DNA of 64,000 nucleotides from Candidatus Latescibacterota bacterium (GCA_965242865.1 CBDETK010000013.1:1376001-1440000), one strand, 5' to 3'. Counted from the stretch's first letter, positions 19,027-28,644 are shown. A program made the numbers and translations. Notes: generated by a model not told the origin, from the letters alone.

Positions 19027-22000
19027 ATGAACCGCAAGTCCTACTACATTGGGGCCTTGGCCTTGGGGTGGTTGGCCCTCCAGCCGGTCAGCGCCCAAGT
19101 CCCCTTGGGCCACCGCCTGCAGGGCGACCGCATCGTCGTCGATCGGGCCTCGTACTGGCGGCACTGGAGCGGGCCTTCGCACGTGGTCGATGTGCATCCA
19201 GACGGCACGGTCAAGCCCCATTTCTTTCGCCACGTGTACAACCTCATTGCCGAAGATCGCGCGGTATTTGCCAAACCCGTGCCCCAACCGGGCATCCGCA
19301 AGGCCGACCGGGCGATTATGAACCTCCGGCGCACCCCAGCGTTGGAAGCGGACGGCCGCTTGGCCCTCGGCAAAGCCGAGCAATTGATCAAGTTCCTCAA
19401 TCGCGACTTCCGCCGCTTCCCCGGCAACGACAGCCAACTCCCCCTCGGCGGCCGCCTCCTAACCATCACGGACACCACGCTCAGCCGCGACGGGCAGACC
19501 GTGACCCTGAGCCTGCGCGACGAGCGCACCGGGGTCGCATCGACGCGCGAATTTGGCGCGAAGGACAAAATCGCGTTTCCAGTGTACGACTACGTCCAGC
19601 GCGTCGGCGTCAGCCGGGTCGGGTCCAACGAGGCCCTAGCCCCCCACATCGTCGATGGCGACCGCACCACCTTTTGGGAGCCGGACTTGGCGGCCCCCCC
19701 AGACCAATGGTGGATCGAAATCGACTTGGGCCGCGCCGTCGTAGTCGAGAAGGTGGTGCTGCACTTTGTCGATGAGACCTTGGGCGACCCCTTCCGCCAG
19801 TTCCGAGTCATGCTAGCTCCCCAGCAAAAGCTCATTCAAGCCCAAAGCCGCGTCCTCCAATTCAAGGTCGTCGGCCAGACCCGAGCGCCCAATACGGACC
19901 AGCGGACGCTGGCGTTCTCTTCTGCGGACACGCCCGGCTTTTCCGAAGACGACGACGGCCGCACCGAGTGGACCGGCCGCATGGCCCAGACCGTGCGCAT
20001 TCTCATCGGCGACAGCAAGCTGGGGCGAGCCCACCGCATCGACGAGGCCGCGTGGGCTGCGTTGCCGGCCGGCGAGCGCGGCGAGGTGCTCTACTACATC
20101 CGCGACGACGTCGGCTTTGAGGAGCCGGTGGCGCAGGCCATTTACCAAAGCCTTCCCCAAGCCCAGCAGGGCCGCAAAGAGTACTACCTCCGCGAGCGGC
20201 CCCGATTGGCCGAAGTCGAGGTCTGGGGCTGGGGCGACAACCTATCGCCCCAGCTCATTGACGGCGGCGGCAGCGTCCGCTTTACCGGGCCGGAAGTCCC
20301 GGCCGGCGGCTTTGACGGCGACTGGAACACCACCTTTCGCATGCCGGCTTGGTTTAGCTCCAACCCCACCGCTGGCATTCTCACCGTGGATATGGGCGCT
20401 CGCGTCTGGCTTGATGCCATGCGCTTGGCCGTTCCCTTTATTCCCGGCTACATCGCCGAGGCCGCCGATGGCAGCCGCGACCCCAACGGCCGGCTCCGGT
20501 GGCGTCGGATCAGCCGGCCCGACCGCATGGAAGGAGGCTTCACCCGTGCGGCTGACCGCTTTGACCCCCCCCTCGATATTCGCTTCCTCAACCTGCGCCT
20601 GCCCGGGATCGCCCGCACTTCGGGCTTTTTCTACGACCTGACCGAAGTCTTGCTCTACACCGAGGGGTTTGTCAGCCAAGCCTCGCTGGTGTCCGATATC
20701 ATCCGCCTGCCCGGGCCGCGCAACTTCGGCGCCATCCGCTGGGATCCGCCGCCCGCTGCCCAACCGCCCGGCACGACGGCCGAAGTGCGGACGCGCACCG
20801 GCGACCTGCTGGTGCAGCAAATTCGCCATTTCGACGTCAACGGCAACGAGAAAACCAAAGCAGAGTGGGACAAGCTGATCACCAGTTGGAAAGGGCCTAT
20901 CGACACCACCTTTGCCCTCGGCAGCGGCTGGAGTCCGTGGAGCCAGCAGTACCGGCGGCCGGGCGACCGGGTCCGGTCCCCCGGGCTGCGCAATTACATG
21001 CAAATCCAGGTGCGCTTTACCAGCCGCGACCGCCGGCGAGCCGCCTCCATGCGCTCGCTCGAGGTAGAGCTCGCCCCACCCGTGGCCCGCGCCCTCACCG
21101 CCGAAGTGTGGCCCACACAGGCCGCGGTCGGCCGGTTGGACACTTTCAGCCTGTACCTGCGCCCGACCTTCATCGACGAGCCAGCGGCCGACCGCACCCC
21201 CGGGTTTGACGAAATCCTCCTGCAAGCACCGCCCGGGCTCGCGCTGCACCTGTTGAGCCTGAGCATCGGGACCGACGAAGAGCTAGGGCGCGGCACCCCC
21301 TCGCAGACGTTCACCCCAACCCCGGATGGCCACCTGATCGACGCGGCGGGGGCCATCGCCGAAGTGCGGCGCGACCACGCCGACTCGATCTGGGTCCAGC
21401 TGCCCCAACTCCACCAGACCCTACCGGCGGCACTGGCGGTTCAGACCTACCACCGCATTACCCCCCAAGGGGCCGAAGTCACCGTGGGCGCGGACGGCGA
21501 TCCGATCACCGAAGCGGCCTACGGTCTGCTGCCCGAGGCCGAGCGCGGCGCGATCCTCTTTTTGCAGCAAACGGCCACTGGCTTACAGGCGGTGTCGGGC
21601 CGGGCCGAGTACGAGGCTTTGCCCCCGGCCGAGCAAGGGCCGATTCGCTATTTTCGCAAACTGCGCGGCGGCGGGGGCCAATCGCCCTTTGACGCCTTGG
21701 GCGACTCCCTGACGCGCCGAGCGTACTACGCGCTGCCCCCGGCCGAGCGCGGGGCCATCTTGGGACAGGGCCGCCTGCTCCGCTTGCGCTTTGCCGCGGC
21801 AGTCTTTCGCAACGGCACCACGTTTAAGCCGTTTGTGCGCCGCGCCGGGGCTGGCCTGTGGCAGCAAGCCGCGCCGGGCGATGCCACCTTGCTAACGGAC
21901 AGCCGCCAACTAACCCTGACCCTTCCCGTGGGCGGGCGCGTCCTCGGCGACTTGAGCTTGGCCCCCAATCCCTTTACGCCCAACGGCGACGGGATCAACG

Positions 22001-22263
22001 ACGAGCTCACCGTCGCGTTTTCCATCTTCCAAGTGACCCAAGCACGGCAAGCGCGGCTGCGGCTGTACTCGCTAGACGGGCGTCTCTTATGGGAAAGCCG
22101 CACCCAAGTGGCCGGCGGCCCCCACCAGCTCCGCTGGCCCGGGCGCGATGCGGCCGGCCGCACCGTGCCGCCCGGCCTCTATATCTGCCGGCTAGACTTC
22201 GGCGTCGATTCGGACCGGGCCGAGGCCACGGCCGTGGCCCGCATCGTGGCAGTAGCCTATTAG
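19027..22263 (+). CDS. Secreted protein with discoidin/F5-8C-like region and C-terminal FlgD-Ig/CHU_C-like domain (C)
   Basis: Signal peptide; IVDGDRTTFW...WWIEIDLG; PNPFTPNGDGIND...PGLY...VAVAY. Confidence 0.82.
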   Translation: MNRKSYYIGALALGWLALQPVSAQVPLGHRLQGDRIVVDRASYWRHWSGPSHVVDVHPDGTVKPHFFRHVYNLIAEDRAVFAKPVPQPGIRKADRAIMNLRRTPALEADGRLALGKAEQLIKFLNRDFRRFPGNDSQLPLGGRLLTITDTTLSRDGQTVTLSLRDERTGVASTREFGAKDKIAFPVYDYVQRVGVSRVGSNEALAPHIVDGDRTTFWEPDLAAPPDQWWIEIDLGRAVVVEKVVLHFVDETLGDPFRQFRVMLAPQQKLIQAQSRVLQFKVVGQTRAPNTDQRTLAFSSADTPGFSEDDDGRTEWTGRMAQTVRILIGDSKLGRAHRIDEAAWAALPAGERGEVLYYIRDDVGFEEPVAQAIYQSLPQAQQGRKEYYLRERPRLAEVEVWGWGDNLSPQLIDGGGSVRFTGPEVPAGGFDGDWNTTFRMPAWFSSNPTAGILTVDMGARVWLDAMRLAVPFIPGYIAEAADGSRDPNGRLRWRRISRPDRMEGGFTRAADRFDPPLDIRFLNLRLPGIARTSGFFYDLTEVLLYTEGFVSQASLVSDIIRLPGPRNFGAIRWDPPPAAQPPGTTAEVRTRTGDLLVQQIRHFDVNGNEKTKAEWDKLITSWKGPIDTTFALGSGWSPWSQQYRRPGDRVRSPGLRNYMQIQVRFTSRDRRRAASMRSLEVELAPPVARALTAEVWPTQAAVGRLDTFSLYLRPTFIDEPAADRTPGFDEILLQAPPGLALHLLSLSIGTDEELGRGTPSQTFTPTPDGHLIDAAGAIAEVRRDHADSIWVQLPQLHQTLPAALAVQTYHRITPQGAEVTVGADGDPITEAAYGLLPEAERGAILFLQQTATGLQAVSGRAEYEALPPAEQGPIRYFRKLRGGGGQSPFDALGDSLTRRAYYALPPAERGAILGQGRLLRLRFAAAVFRNGTTFKPFVRRAGAGLWQQAAPGDATLLTDSRQLTLTLPVGGRVLGDLSLAPNPFTPNGDGINDELTVAFSIFQVTQARQARLRLYSLDGRLLWESRTQVAGGPHQLRWPGRDAAGRTVPPGLYICRLDFGVDSDRAEATAVARIVAVAY

Positions 22264-22287
22264 TTTACACGAGCCAAAGGGAAAATT

Positions 22288-24948
22288 ATGGAAGCGATAC
22301 GGCGAAGTACCGCGGCGGTCGCGGTGGTTTTGAGCGGCTTACTAAGCCCGGCCTTTAGCCAATCCGACTACGGCACGCGGCTGGGCGTCCCCCGCGGGAG
22401 CGGCGAGACCAGCTACGCCCCTTATGGCCCGGGCGTCCTGTTTGACGCGCTGGACCCGGCCATCAAAAAGTGGTACGTGCCGCAGGAACTCTACAACGAG
22501 TACCGCTGGCGTCAGTGGGAGTACAGCAACTACGCCCGCAACCAGTACCAGCGCTACGTCGATATCCAGCTAGAGGGCGATTACTACTACGACCTGTTTG
22601 GCAACGCCGTCACCCGCGGCTGGCTCATCTTTAGCAACTCCCAGACTCAGCCGCGGCAATTTGGCAGTTCGCTGGTCAAGGCCACTCGCTTCAACAACTG
22701 GTTTTCGGGCGTGGCCATTGCCTCGGACAGCAAGGGGCAGTACCACTACGCCCTGACGGTGTCGAATCGCCTGCGCACCACGCTCACCCCCATGAGCTTT
22801 TCCAAACCCGCTTGGGACGGGGTGCAATTCGACCTAGCGACCGACAAGTACCAAGGCACCGTCATCTACTCGCGCCTCAGTTCGCCCGGCGGGGCCTCGA
22901 CCGACAACACCGAAGTCCTCACCACCAACCTCACCACGCTCATGGGGGGCCGGGCCACCGCCCAGATCGGCGACTTCACCCAGCTCGGAGTCCACTTCGT
23001 CAACACCCACCAGTCCAACACCTTGCGCGATGGCTTTAAGGGCAACCCCATTGCCGGGGCCTTGACCGTGGACCAAAACCAGACCGTTTCCTTTATCGAA
23101 CTAGTCCTGCGCGACGACTCGCCGGCCGACGGCAGCGGGGGCGCGGCCTTCTTCCCGGTGGGGTCGGACATCCTCATTACCTACAACGACGGCACCGTGG
23201 ACCGCGGCCGGGAAATTCGCTTTGAACCCGCCATCCAAGGGGGGTTCGTCCAAGAAGGCTTTATCTCGGCCGATGGGTCCGAAGAGATCCGCCTGCTCTA
23301 CGACTTTGACACGCCGGCCTTTGTCAACCGGGCTTCGGGGCCTAAAGAAGAGATCGCCCAAGTCGAGTTTGAGCTGACCATTGGCAACGACTATCAGGTG
23401 TGGATGACGTCCAACAACCAGACCAATCGCAGCGGCGAACCCGTGCTGTTGCTCGTGGCGCAGGCCGAGGGCAATGTGCAGGACAACACCAACTTGCGCA
23501 TCCTCAAGTTCGAGTACGGCTTGCCAACGGCGACCCAAATTGTCGGGGCCACCCTAGAGCTGCGGGATGTGGCCGGCTTCAACTTGTACGGCGAGTACGA
23601 TTTGAGCGTAGCGTACCGCAAGTACCCCAGCGTGACGCGGACCAGCCACACCACGTCGGCCGGCGTGGCCGGGGAGCCGGTCGAGCCCGCTTGGATGCTC
23701 AACCTGTCTAAGGTGGCTCATCCTTGGTTCTTTTTTGGCGAAGCGTACAGCATGGACCCGCTCTACAACACCCGCACCTTTGTCACCGGCTCGGCCGGCA
23801 ACATCGACTACGAAAACGAGCGGTTCCACGTGGTGGAGCTGGTAGAGGACAACGACGATCAAGACCGGGCCCCCGATCTCGTGCGCGCGGATTCCCAAGC
23901 CGGCGACCGCCGGGTCTTCCCGGGCTGGGACGAAAATTACGACTTCATCTCGGACTTCAACCAAAACGACAACCTAACCATCTCCAATGGCATTCCCGAC
24001 TACGACGAAGCCTTCCTCCGCCACCGCGTCGATCGCCCGGACTTTCTCTACGGGATCGACATGAACAACAATCTGTGGGTCGACCGCTTTGAAAACGACG
24101 AAGCCCCGGATTACCCCTACCAGAAAGACCGTCGGGGTTTCAACGCATATCTGGGCTACCGGCTGACCCCGGACATCCGCGTTACTGTGGGGCACCTGCG
24201 CGAGGAACGGATCTCGGCCGACGAGCGCAATCACACATCCTACGCCCTGCTCAGCCTAGATCGGGACGATCCCCAGCAGGGGCGCGTGCGCTTTATGCAG
24301 ATGGTCAAGCTGGCCCGCGACAATATAGCGGACGACCTGCTGCAGTGGTTCCCCGAAAACACCCAGCGCGATGGCCAACTCCAAAAGGTGGTGGACCCGC
24401 TTTTGGCCCAAAACACTTGGATCAACACCACTTGGCTGGGGCACACCTACAACCGCGGCGGCTTGGAGACCTACAACTATCTCAACTTGGAGCTTTTTCA
24501 CCAGCGCGACCGAGCGGCCCCGCGTGCGACCGACTCCTTTTTTGGCGTCATCAACAAATTCAGCTATCGCTACGATCTGGGCGCGGTCCAACTCGAGTCG
24601 CGCTGGAAAAGCGAGTTTCGGCGCCAGACCGTGGGGCTGTTCACCGCCGACGAGGAGACCGTGCTGACCGAGATACTGGGGTTCCTCTTGGGGTTTCCCA
24701 TCCTCAACAACACCCGCATTCAAACCGGGATCGAGTACTCGTATGCCAACGACATGAAGCGCGACAACAACGATTTCACCGGGCTGGCCGGCGCCGTGCA
24801 GCTGGCCAATGTGAGCTCCTACTTGGGGTACGAGGTCTCCGCCCAAGTGGGGCTCAAAGCCGATTGGCGCGATTTCAAAAGCATCGAGCGCGAATCCGAA
24901 ATTCTGACCCAAGGCTTTATCACCCTGTATGCTGGCTTGGGCAAATAA
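22288..24948 (+). CDS. Large secreted/outer-membrane protein of unknown function, paralogue 3
   Basis: Signal peptide; DYGTRLG, YVPQELYNEYRWRQWEYSNYA and the same Ca-like motifs as 1722..4496; ends FITLYAGLGK. Confidence 0.85.
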   Translation: MEAIRRSTAAVAVVLSGLLSPAFSQSDYGTRLGVPRGSGETSYAPYGPGVLFDALDPAIKKWYVPQELYNEYRWRQWEYSNYARNQYQRYVDIQLEGDYYYDLFGNAVTRGWLIFSNSQTQPRQFGSSLVKATRFNNWFSGVAIASDSKGQYHYALTVSNRLRTTLTPMSFSKPAWDGVQFDLATDKYQGTVIYSRLSSPGGASTDNTEVLTTNLTTLMGGRATAQIGDFTQLGVHFVNTHQSNTLRDGFKGNPIAGALTVDQNQTVSFIELVLRDDSPADGSGGAAFFPVGSDILITYNDGTVDRGREIRFEPAIQGGFVQEGFISADGSEEIRLLYDFDTPAFVNRASGPKEEIAQVEFELTIGNDYQVWMTSNNQTNRSGEPVLLLVAQAEGNVQDNTNLRILKFEYGLPTATQIVGATLELRDVAGFNLYGEYDLSVAYRKYPSVTRTSHTTSAGVAGEPVEPAWMLNLSKVAHPWFFFGEAYSMDPLYNTRTFVTGSAGNIDYENERFHVVELVEDNDDQDRAPDLVRADSQAGDRRVFPGWDENYDFISDFNQNDNLTISNGIPDYDEAFLRHRVDRPDFLYGIDMNNNLWVDRFENDEAPDYPYQKDRRGFNAYLGYRLTPDIRVTVGHLREERISADERNHTSYALLSLDRDDPQQGRVRFMQMVKLARDNIADDLLQWFPENTQRDGQLQKVVDPLLAQNTWINTTWLGHTYNRGGLETYNYLNLELFHQRDRAAPRATDSFFGVINKFSYRYDLGAVQLESRWKSEFRRQTVGLFTADEETVLTEILGFLLGFPILNNTRIQTGIEYSYANDMKRDNNDFTGLAGAVQLANVSSYLGYEVSAQVGLKADWRDFKSIERESEILTQGFITLYAGLGK

Positions 24949-27151
24949 GGCGCGGGCACTGGCCGCCTTAGCTATCTTGGCCCTGGGACTGCGCTTGATT
25001 TACCTGTTCCAAGCCGCGGACAGCCCCTTTTTCGACGCGCCCATTGTAGATGCCAGAAGCTACACCGAATACGCCCGCGAGCTGACGACCGGCGCTTGGG
25101 CTGGGCGTCCCCTGCCGTTTTGGCAAGCCCCTTTTTACCCGTACCTCCTAGCCGTTCTTTTCTCCCTGTTTGGCGAAAACTACTACCTGCCGCGGCTACT
25201 CCAAGCCCTCGCTGGCACGGCCACTTGCCTGATCGTCGTCAAGTTAGGCCGCGCGGCCTTTTCCCCGACCGTGGGCTGGGTGGCCGGCCTAGCCGCGGCT
25301 TGGTACGGCCCCTTCCTCTACTTTGAGGGCGAACTTTTGCCCACGACTTGGGCCGTGCTTTTCGACGCCCTGCTGCTGGTGGTCTTGTTGTGGGGCCAAC
25401 GCCGGGGCGGGCTCCTTCCCGCGCTCAGTGCCGGTCTCGTCCTAGGGCTGGGCACTTTGGCCGTGCCAAATGTGTTGCTCTTTGCGCTGGTCGCGGCTTG
25501 GTGGGTGTATCGCGTGGCTCCGGGCCGCGGCGTCCTCCGCGTGGCGGTCTTTGCCGCTGGCCTACTGCTGCTGGTCGGCCCGGTGACCCTGCGCAATCGC
25601 ATCGTCGGCAACGAGTGGGTGCTCATCTCCTTCAACACGGGGGTCAACTTCTACCTCGGCAACAACCCGGACTACGACCGCACCGTAGCGGCGCGGCCCG
25701 GAGCCGGGTGGCACGAGGTGGTTGACTTGCCCCGCCGCGAGGCCGGCATCACCGAGCCGGGCGCGGGCTCAAACTACCTTTGGGGCAAAGCTTGGGAGTA
25801 TATACGCACCGATCCGAGCGGCTATTTGGCCCTGCTTTTGCACAAGGGCTATCTGTTTTGGCACGGGGCCGAGATCCCCCGCAACACCGATCCATACTGG
25901 GCCGCTGAGTACTCGCCGCTCTTGCGCCTGTTGCTGTGGAAGTACGGCCTCGCGTTTCCCTTTGGCTTGGTCTCGGCCTTGGCCCTGCTCGGGGCGGCCT
26001 ACGTCCTGCTCAAACCAGAACGCCGCACCCCGGGGGCCTATCTCGTCTTGCTCTTTGCCGGGGTCTATATGCTGTCGGTGGTGCTGTTTTTCGTCACCGG
26101 CCGCTACCGCTTGCCGGCCGTGCCCTGCCTTTTGCTGCTGGCCGCTTATGGGGCCTGCACCTTGGCCGGTTTGCGCGGCCGGTCCTTGTACCTGTCGGCT
26201 GGGGCCTTCGCCGGGCTGCTGTGGGTCACCAACGCCGGGACCGCAGCGACCCGGCCGCACGTGGCCGCCTTCCACCACTACTCGCTGGGTGCGGTCTATG
26301 AGAGCAAAGGCATGAAGACCAACGCCTTGCAGCACTATCGCCGCGCCATCGAACTCGCCCCGGCCCACCGTCGCGCGCTGCTGGGCCTAGCCTATATGTA
26401 CGGGGCGACTCAACGCTACGACGATGCCGCCCACACTTGGCGGCAATTCCTCGACCACTATCCAGACCAAGACGACATCCGCCTCCAGTTAGCGGATTTT
26501 CTTAGGCTGCGGGGCCAGCCCCAAGAGGCGGCGGTCGAGTACCAAAAGCTCCTAGTGCGGCAACCCAATCGCGCCGACCTGTACCTCCGCCTCGGTCGGG
26601 CCGAAGCCGCGGCTGGTCAACGGGTGCAAGCCGAAGCGGCCTATCGCCGCGCCCTCGAACTAGGCGCTCCGGCGGCTCACTACCTGCTGGGCCAGCTATA
26701 CGAAGCCCAAGGCGAGCCAGCCCGCGCCGAGCAAGCCTATCAGCAGCTCATCGCCCAGCATCCCGACCATCGCGCTGGGTTGTGCCATTTAGCCGATTTG
26801 CTGCTAAAGCGGGGGGACGAGGAAGCAGCCAAAAACCTTTTGCTCGCGGCGCTGGCGCTCGATCCCGACGACGCCCACGCCTTGCACAGCATGGGCACTT
26901 TAGAGGCCAACCAAGGTCAGTACCGCCAAGCCCTCCAGCGCTTTGAGCGCATCTTGCAACGCCATCCCCGCGATTTGCCGGCCCGCCGCTCCCTATCCCA
27001 CCTCCTGCTCAAAACGGGCCAGCGCGCCCGCGCCGATGCCGAGTACGCCCACTACCAGCGCCTAAAGCGGCAGCACCGCATGCAGCAACAGACGCAGGAA
27101 AAAACCAAGAAGCTAGCCGATCAACTGCGGCAGATGTTCAAAGCGCACTAG
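24929..27151 (+). CDS. GT-C (ArnT/PMT family 39-like) glycosyltransferase with TPR repeats
   Basis: PIVDARSY, PFYPYLLA, GVNFYLGNNP, FFVTGRYRLP, followed by multiple TPRs. Confidence 0.82.
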   Translation: MLAWANKARALAALAILALGLRLIYLFQAADSPFFDAPIVDARSYTEYARELTTGAWAGRPLPFWQAPFYPYLLAVLFSLFGENYYLPRLLQALAGTATCLIVVKLGRAAFSPTVGWVAGLAAAWYGPFLYFEGELLPTTWAVLFDALLLVVLLWGQRRGGLLPALSAGLVLGLGTLAVPNVLLFALVAAWWVYRVAPGRGVLRVAVFAAGLLLLVGPVTLRNRIVGNEWVLISFNTGVNFYLGNNPDYDRTVAARPGAGWHEVVDLPRREAGITEPGAGSNYLWGKAWEYIRTDPSGYLALLLHKGYLFWHGAEIPRNTDPYWAAEYSPLLRLLLWKYGLAFPFGLVSALALLGAAYVLLKPERRTPGAYLVLLFAGVYMLSVVLFFVTGRYRLPAVPCLLLLAAYGACTLAGLRGRSLYLSAGAFAGLLWVTNAGTAATRPHVAAFHHYSLGAVYESKGMKTNALQHYRRAIELAPAHRRALLGLAYMYGATQRYDDAAHTWRQFLDHYPDQDDIRLQLADFLRLRGQPQEAAVEYQKLLVRQPNRADLYLRLGRAEAAAGQRVQAEAAYRRALELGAPAAHYLLGQLYEAQGEPARAEQAYQQLIAQHPDHRAGLCHLADLLLKRGDEEAAKNLLLAALALDPDDAHALHSMGTLEANQGQYRQALQRFERILQRHPRDLPARRSLSHLLLKTGQRARADAEYAHYQRLKRQHRMQQQTQEKTKKLADQLRQMFKAH

Positions 27152-27514
27152 CAGAGGTCAATAATCGATAGGTTATATTCTTGAAACTGTTCAGGAACAT
27201 TTAGAGGAATCTTTGAGCAGTTATCTACAAGAATAATCTCCCTTGGAAAGCTAGTTATCTGGTGAATCTCGAAGATACCGTGTTTGTATAGAGCCGCGAG
27301 AACTTTTTCGAGTACGGCATCAGGGTCGAGATGGCTAGTGTCGATCTCGATGGGCTTGAACATTCGGTACGTTTGAAGCACGGCTTTCCGGGGGGCAGTA
27401 TCTGCTGCGAGGTTTTGCTCTTCAATTGTGGCCGGCTCACCGCGTCCACGCATCCGCTTCGTACGATTTTCCTCATCTACCGTAAGCAGGATAACCACAT
27501 CTATTACCAGTCAT
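27148..27514 (-). pseudogene. CMPK2/thymidylate-kinase-like nucleotide kinase, N-terminal (P-loop) half deleted; tail resembles a GT2 fragment
   Basis: DVVILLTVDEENRTKRMRGRG...EEQNL...IEIDTS...VLEKVL matches the NMP-kinase LID/C-terminus. No P-loop. The SD+ATG at 27514 is out of frame with it. The tail contains EIILVDNCS. Confidence 0.7.
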
Positions 27515-28373
27515 ACCGTCCTCCTCTCTGAAAAAACCGCTTGGCGTCGAGCGATATATCTTTTAAGGCTTCCTCGACTCCGACACCCAGAATGGGCCTA
27601 CTGTAGGTATGGGTCCCTCGATCGTTATCAAAAAAGCGTCCCGCTGGGTCAATCATAATGTAACTCGCGGTCATTAACTCATTGCTTTCCGGTACGACGA
27701 TTATTCCGTCATTTTCGACCACGCGATTTCGTCGAACGTACGCTTCAAATTGTTCTGTCGCGATCTCCAAATCAGCGATATACTCGTCGTTTTGCCCCTT
27801 TACAGGGAGGACTTGAAGAATTTTCCATCGTTCTGGTTTTGCCAATTTTATGAAATTGGTAAAATCCGACTCCCATGTTTCGGAGCTTACGACAGTGTTG
27901 ATTTTTAGACGTACTCCACGCTGTTTTATCGCAGCGATTTTTTGTAGATATTCTTCCTCAGTTATGGGCCTAGTATGGACGGTGCGCCCCAGTCGTTGCA
28001 GTCTTTCTGGATCGACGGTATCTATACTTAGAGCGATCCAATCTAGACTTCCATTTAGACTGTCCAGCCACTCTGTAGTGATTCTCGATCCGTTCGTGAC
28101 GATAGAGGTCACCATCCCACGTTTCTTTGCTCTTTTAATCAAGTCCGGCAGCCACTTACAGAGGGTAGGTTCACCGCCGGCAAAATTGATTTTCTCAAAG
28201 CCTTCCTGAGCGATCCGCTCTACAATCGAGATACAATCTTGTTCTGGCAGGTGACCTTTGGGTAGCTTCATATCTTGCTTGACGTCTTGAAATGTGGCAA
28301 AACAGAATCGACAGCGCATATTGCATGGTTCCCAAATATGATAGTTGACTGATGGAATTTTTGTGCTAGACAC
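27504..28373 (-). CDS. vip: Prokaryotic viperin (pVip), radical SAM antiviral ddhNTP synthase
   Basis: SVNYH..CNMRCRFCF, KINFAGGEP, SIVTNGS, LSID, KINTVV, RWKILQ, ESNELMTASY..IDPAGRF and C-terminal RGGRYDW. AGGAG RBS before the GTG start. Confidence 0.95.
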   Translation of the reverse strand: MSSTKIPSVNYHIWEPCNMRCRFCFATFQDVKQDMKLPKGHLPEQDCISIVERIAQEGFEKINFAGGEPTLCKWLPDLIKRAKKRGMVTSIVTNGSRITTEWLDSLNGSLDWIALSIDTVDPERLQRLGRTVHTRPITEEEYLQKIAAIKQRGVRLKINTVVSSETWESDFTNFIKLAKPERWKILQVLPVKGQNDEYIADLEIATEQFEAYVRRNRVVENDGIIVVPESNELMTASYIMIDPAGRFFDNDRGTHTYSRPILGVGVEEALKDISLDAKRFFQRGGRYDW

Positions 28374-28440
28374 GACTTCCCTCCTAAGACAGTTTTCTGA
28401 GCAGAATATCGCTACACTTCATTGCCGGTGAAGCCATTTA

Positions 28441-28490
28441 TTGGATAGGTGCTGACCGCAAAAAGAAATACCGCAGTCAGCACCGACCAA
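28441..28490 (-). terminator. Stable hairpin between the small ORF and pVip (attenuator or processing stem)
   Basis: Minus strand GGTGCTGACTGCGG-loop-TTGCGGTCAGCACC, 14-bp stem with G-U pairs; no U-tract after it. Confidence 0.55.
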
Positions 28491-28494
28491 TCAA

Positions 28495-28644
28495 TCATTT
28501 GCTTTTTGGAGAGGCATTATCTCGGCCTTTACCAGAAGGGTTGCCCGTTGTGCTGGGCTTGCCGCCAGGTCCGCGACTTTTGCCTTTACCGCCGTTTTGT
28601 GGACCGCCTTTACTGCCTCCGCGACCACCTTTCGATTTAGCCAT
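28495..28644 (-). CDS. Small Gly/Lys-rich basic peptide (49 aa)
   Basis: Perfect SD AAGGAGGTGA before ATG 28644; MAKSKGGRGG...PSTTGNPSGKGRDNASPKSK. An in-frame TTG at 28686 is an alternative start. Confidence 0.7.
   Translation of the reverse strand: MAKSKGGRGGSKGGPQNGGKGKSRGPGGKPSTTGNPSGKGRDNASPKSK

Noticed and set aside
17802-19775. 657-aa alternative-frame ORF and the many similar Arg/Pro/Gly-rich overlapping ORFs
   Set aside because: Shadow ORFs of GC-rich coding DNA overlapping well-supported genes; no motifs.
27504-28373. MoaA or RiPP-maturase radical SAM enzyme
   Set aside because: No SPASM/twitch cysteines; viperin-specific motifs and a kinase neighbour are present.
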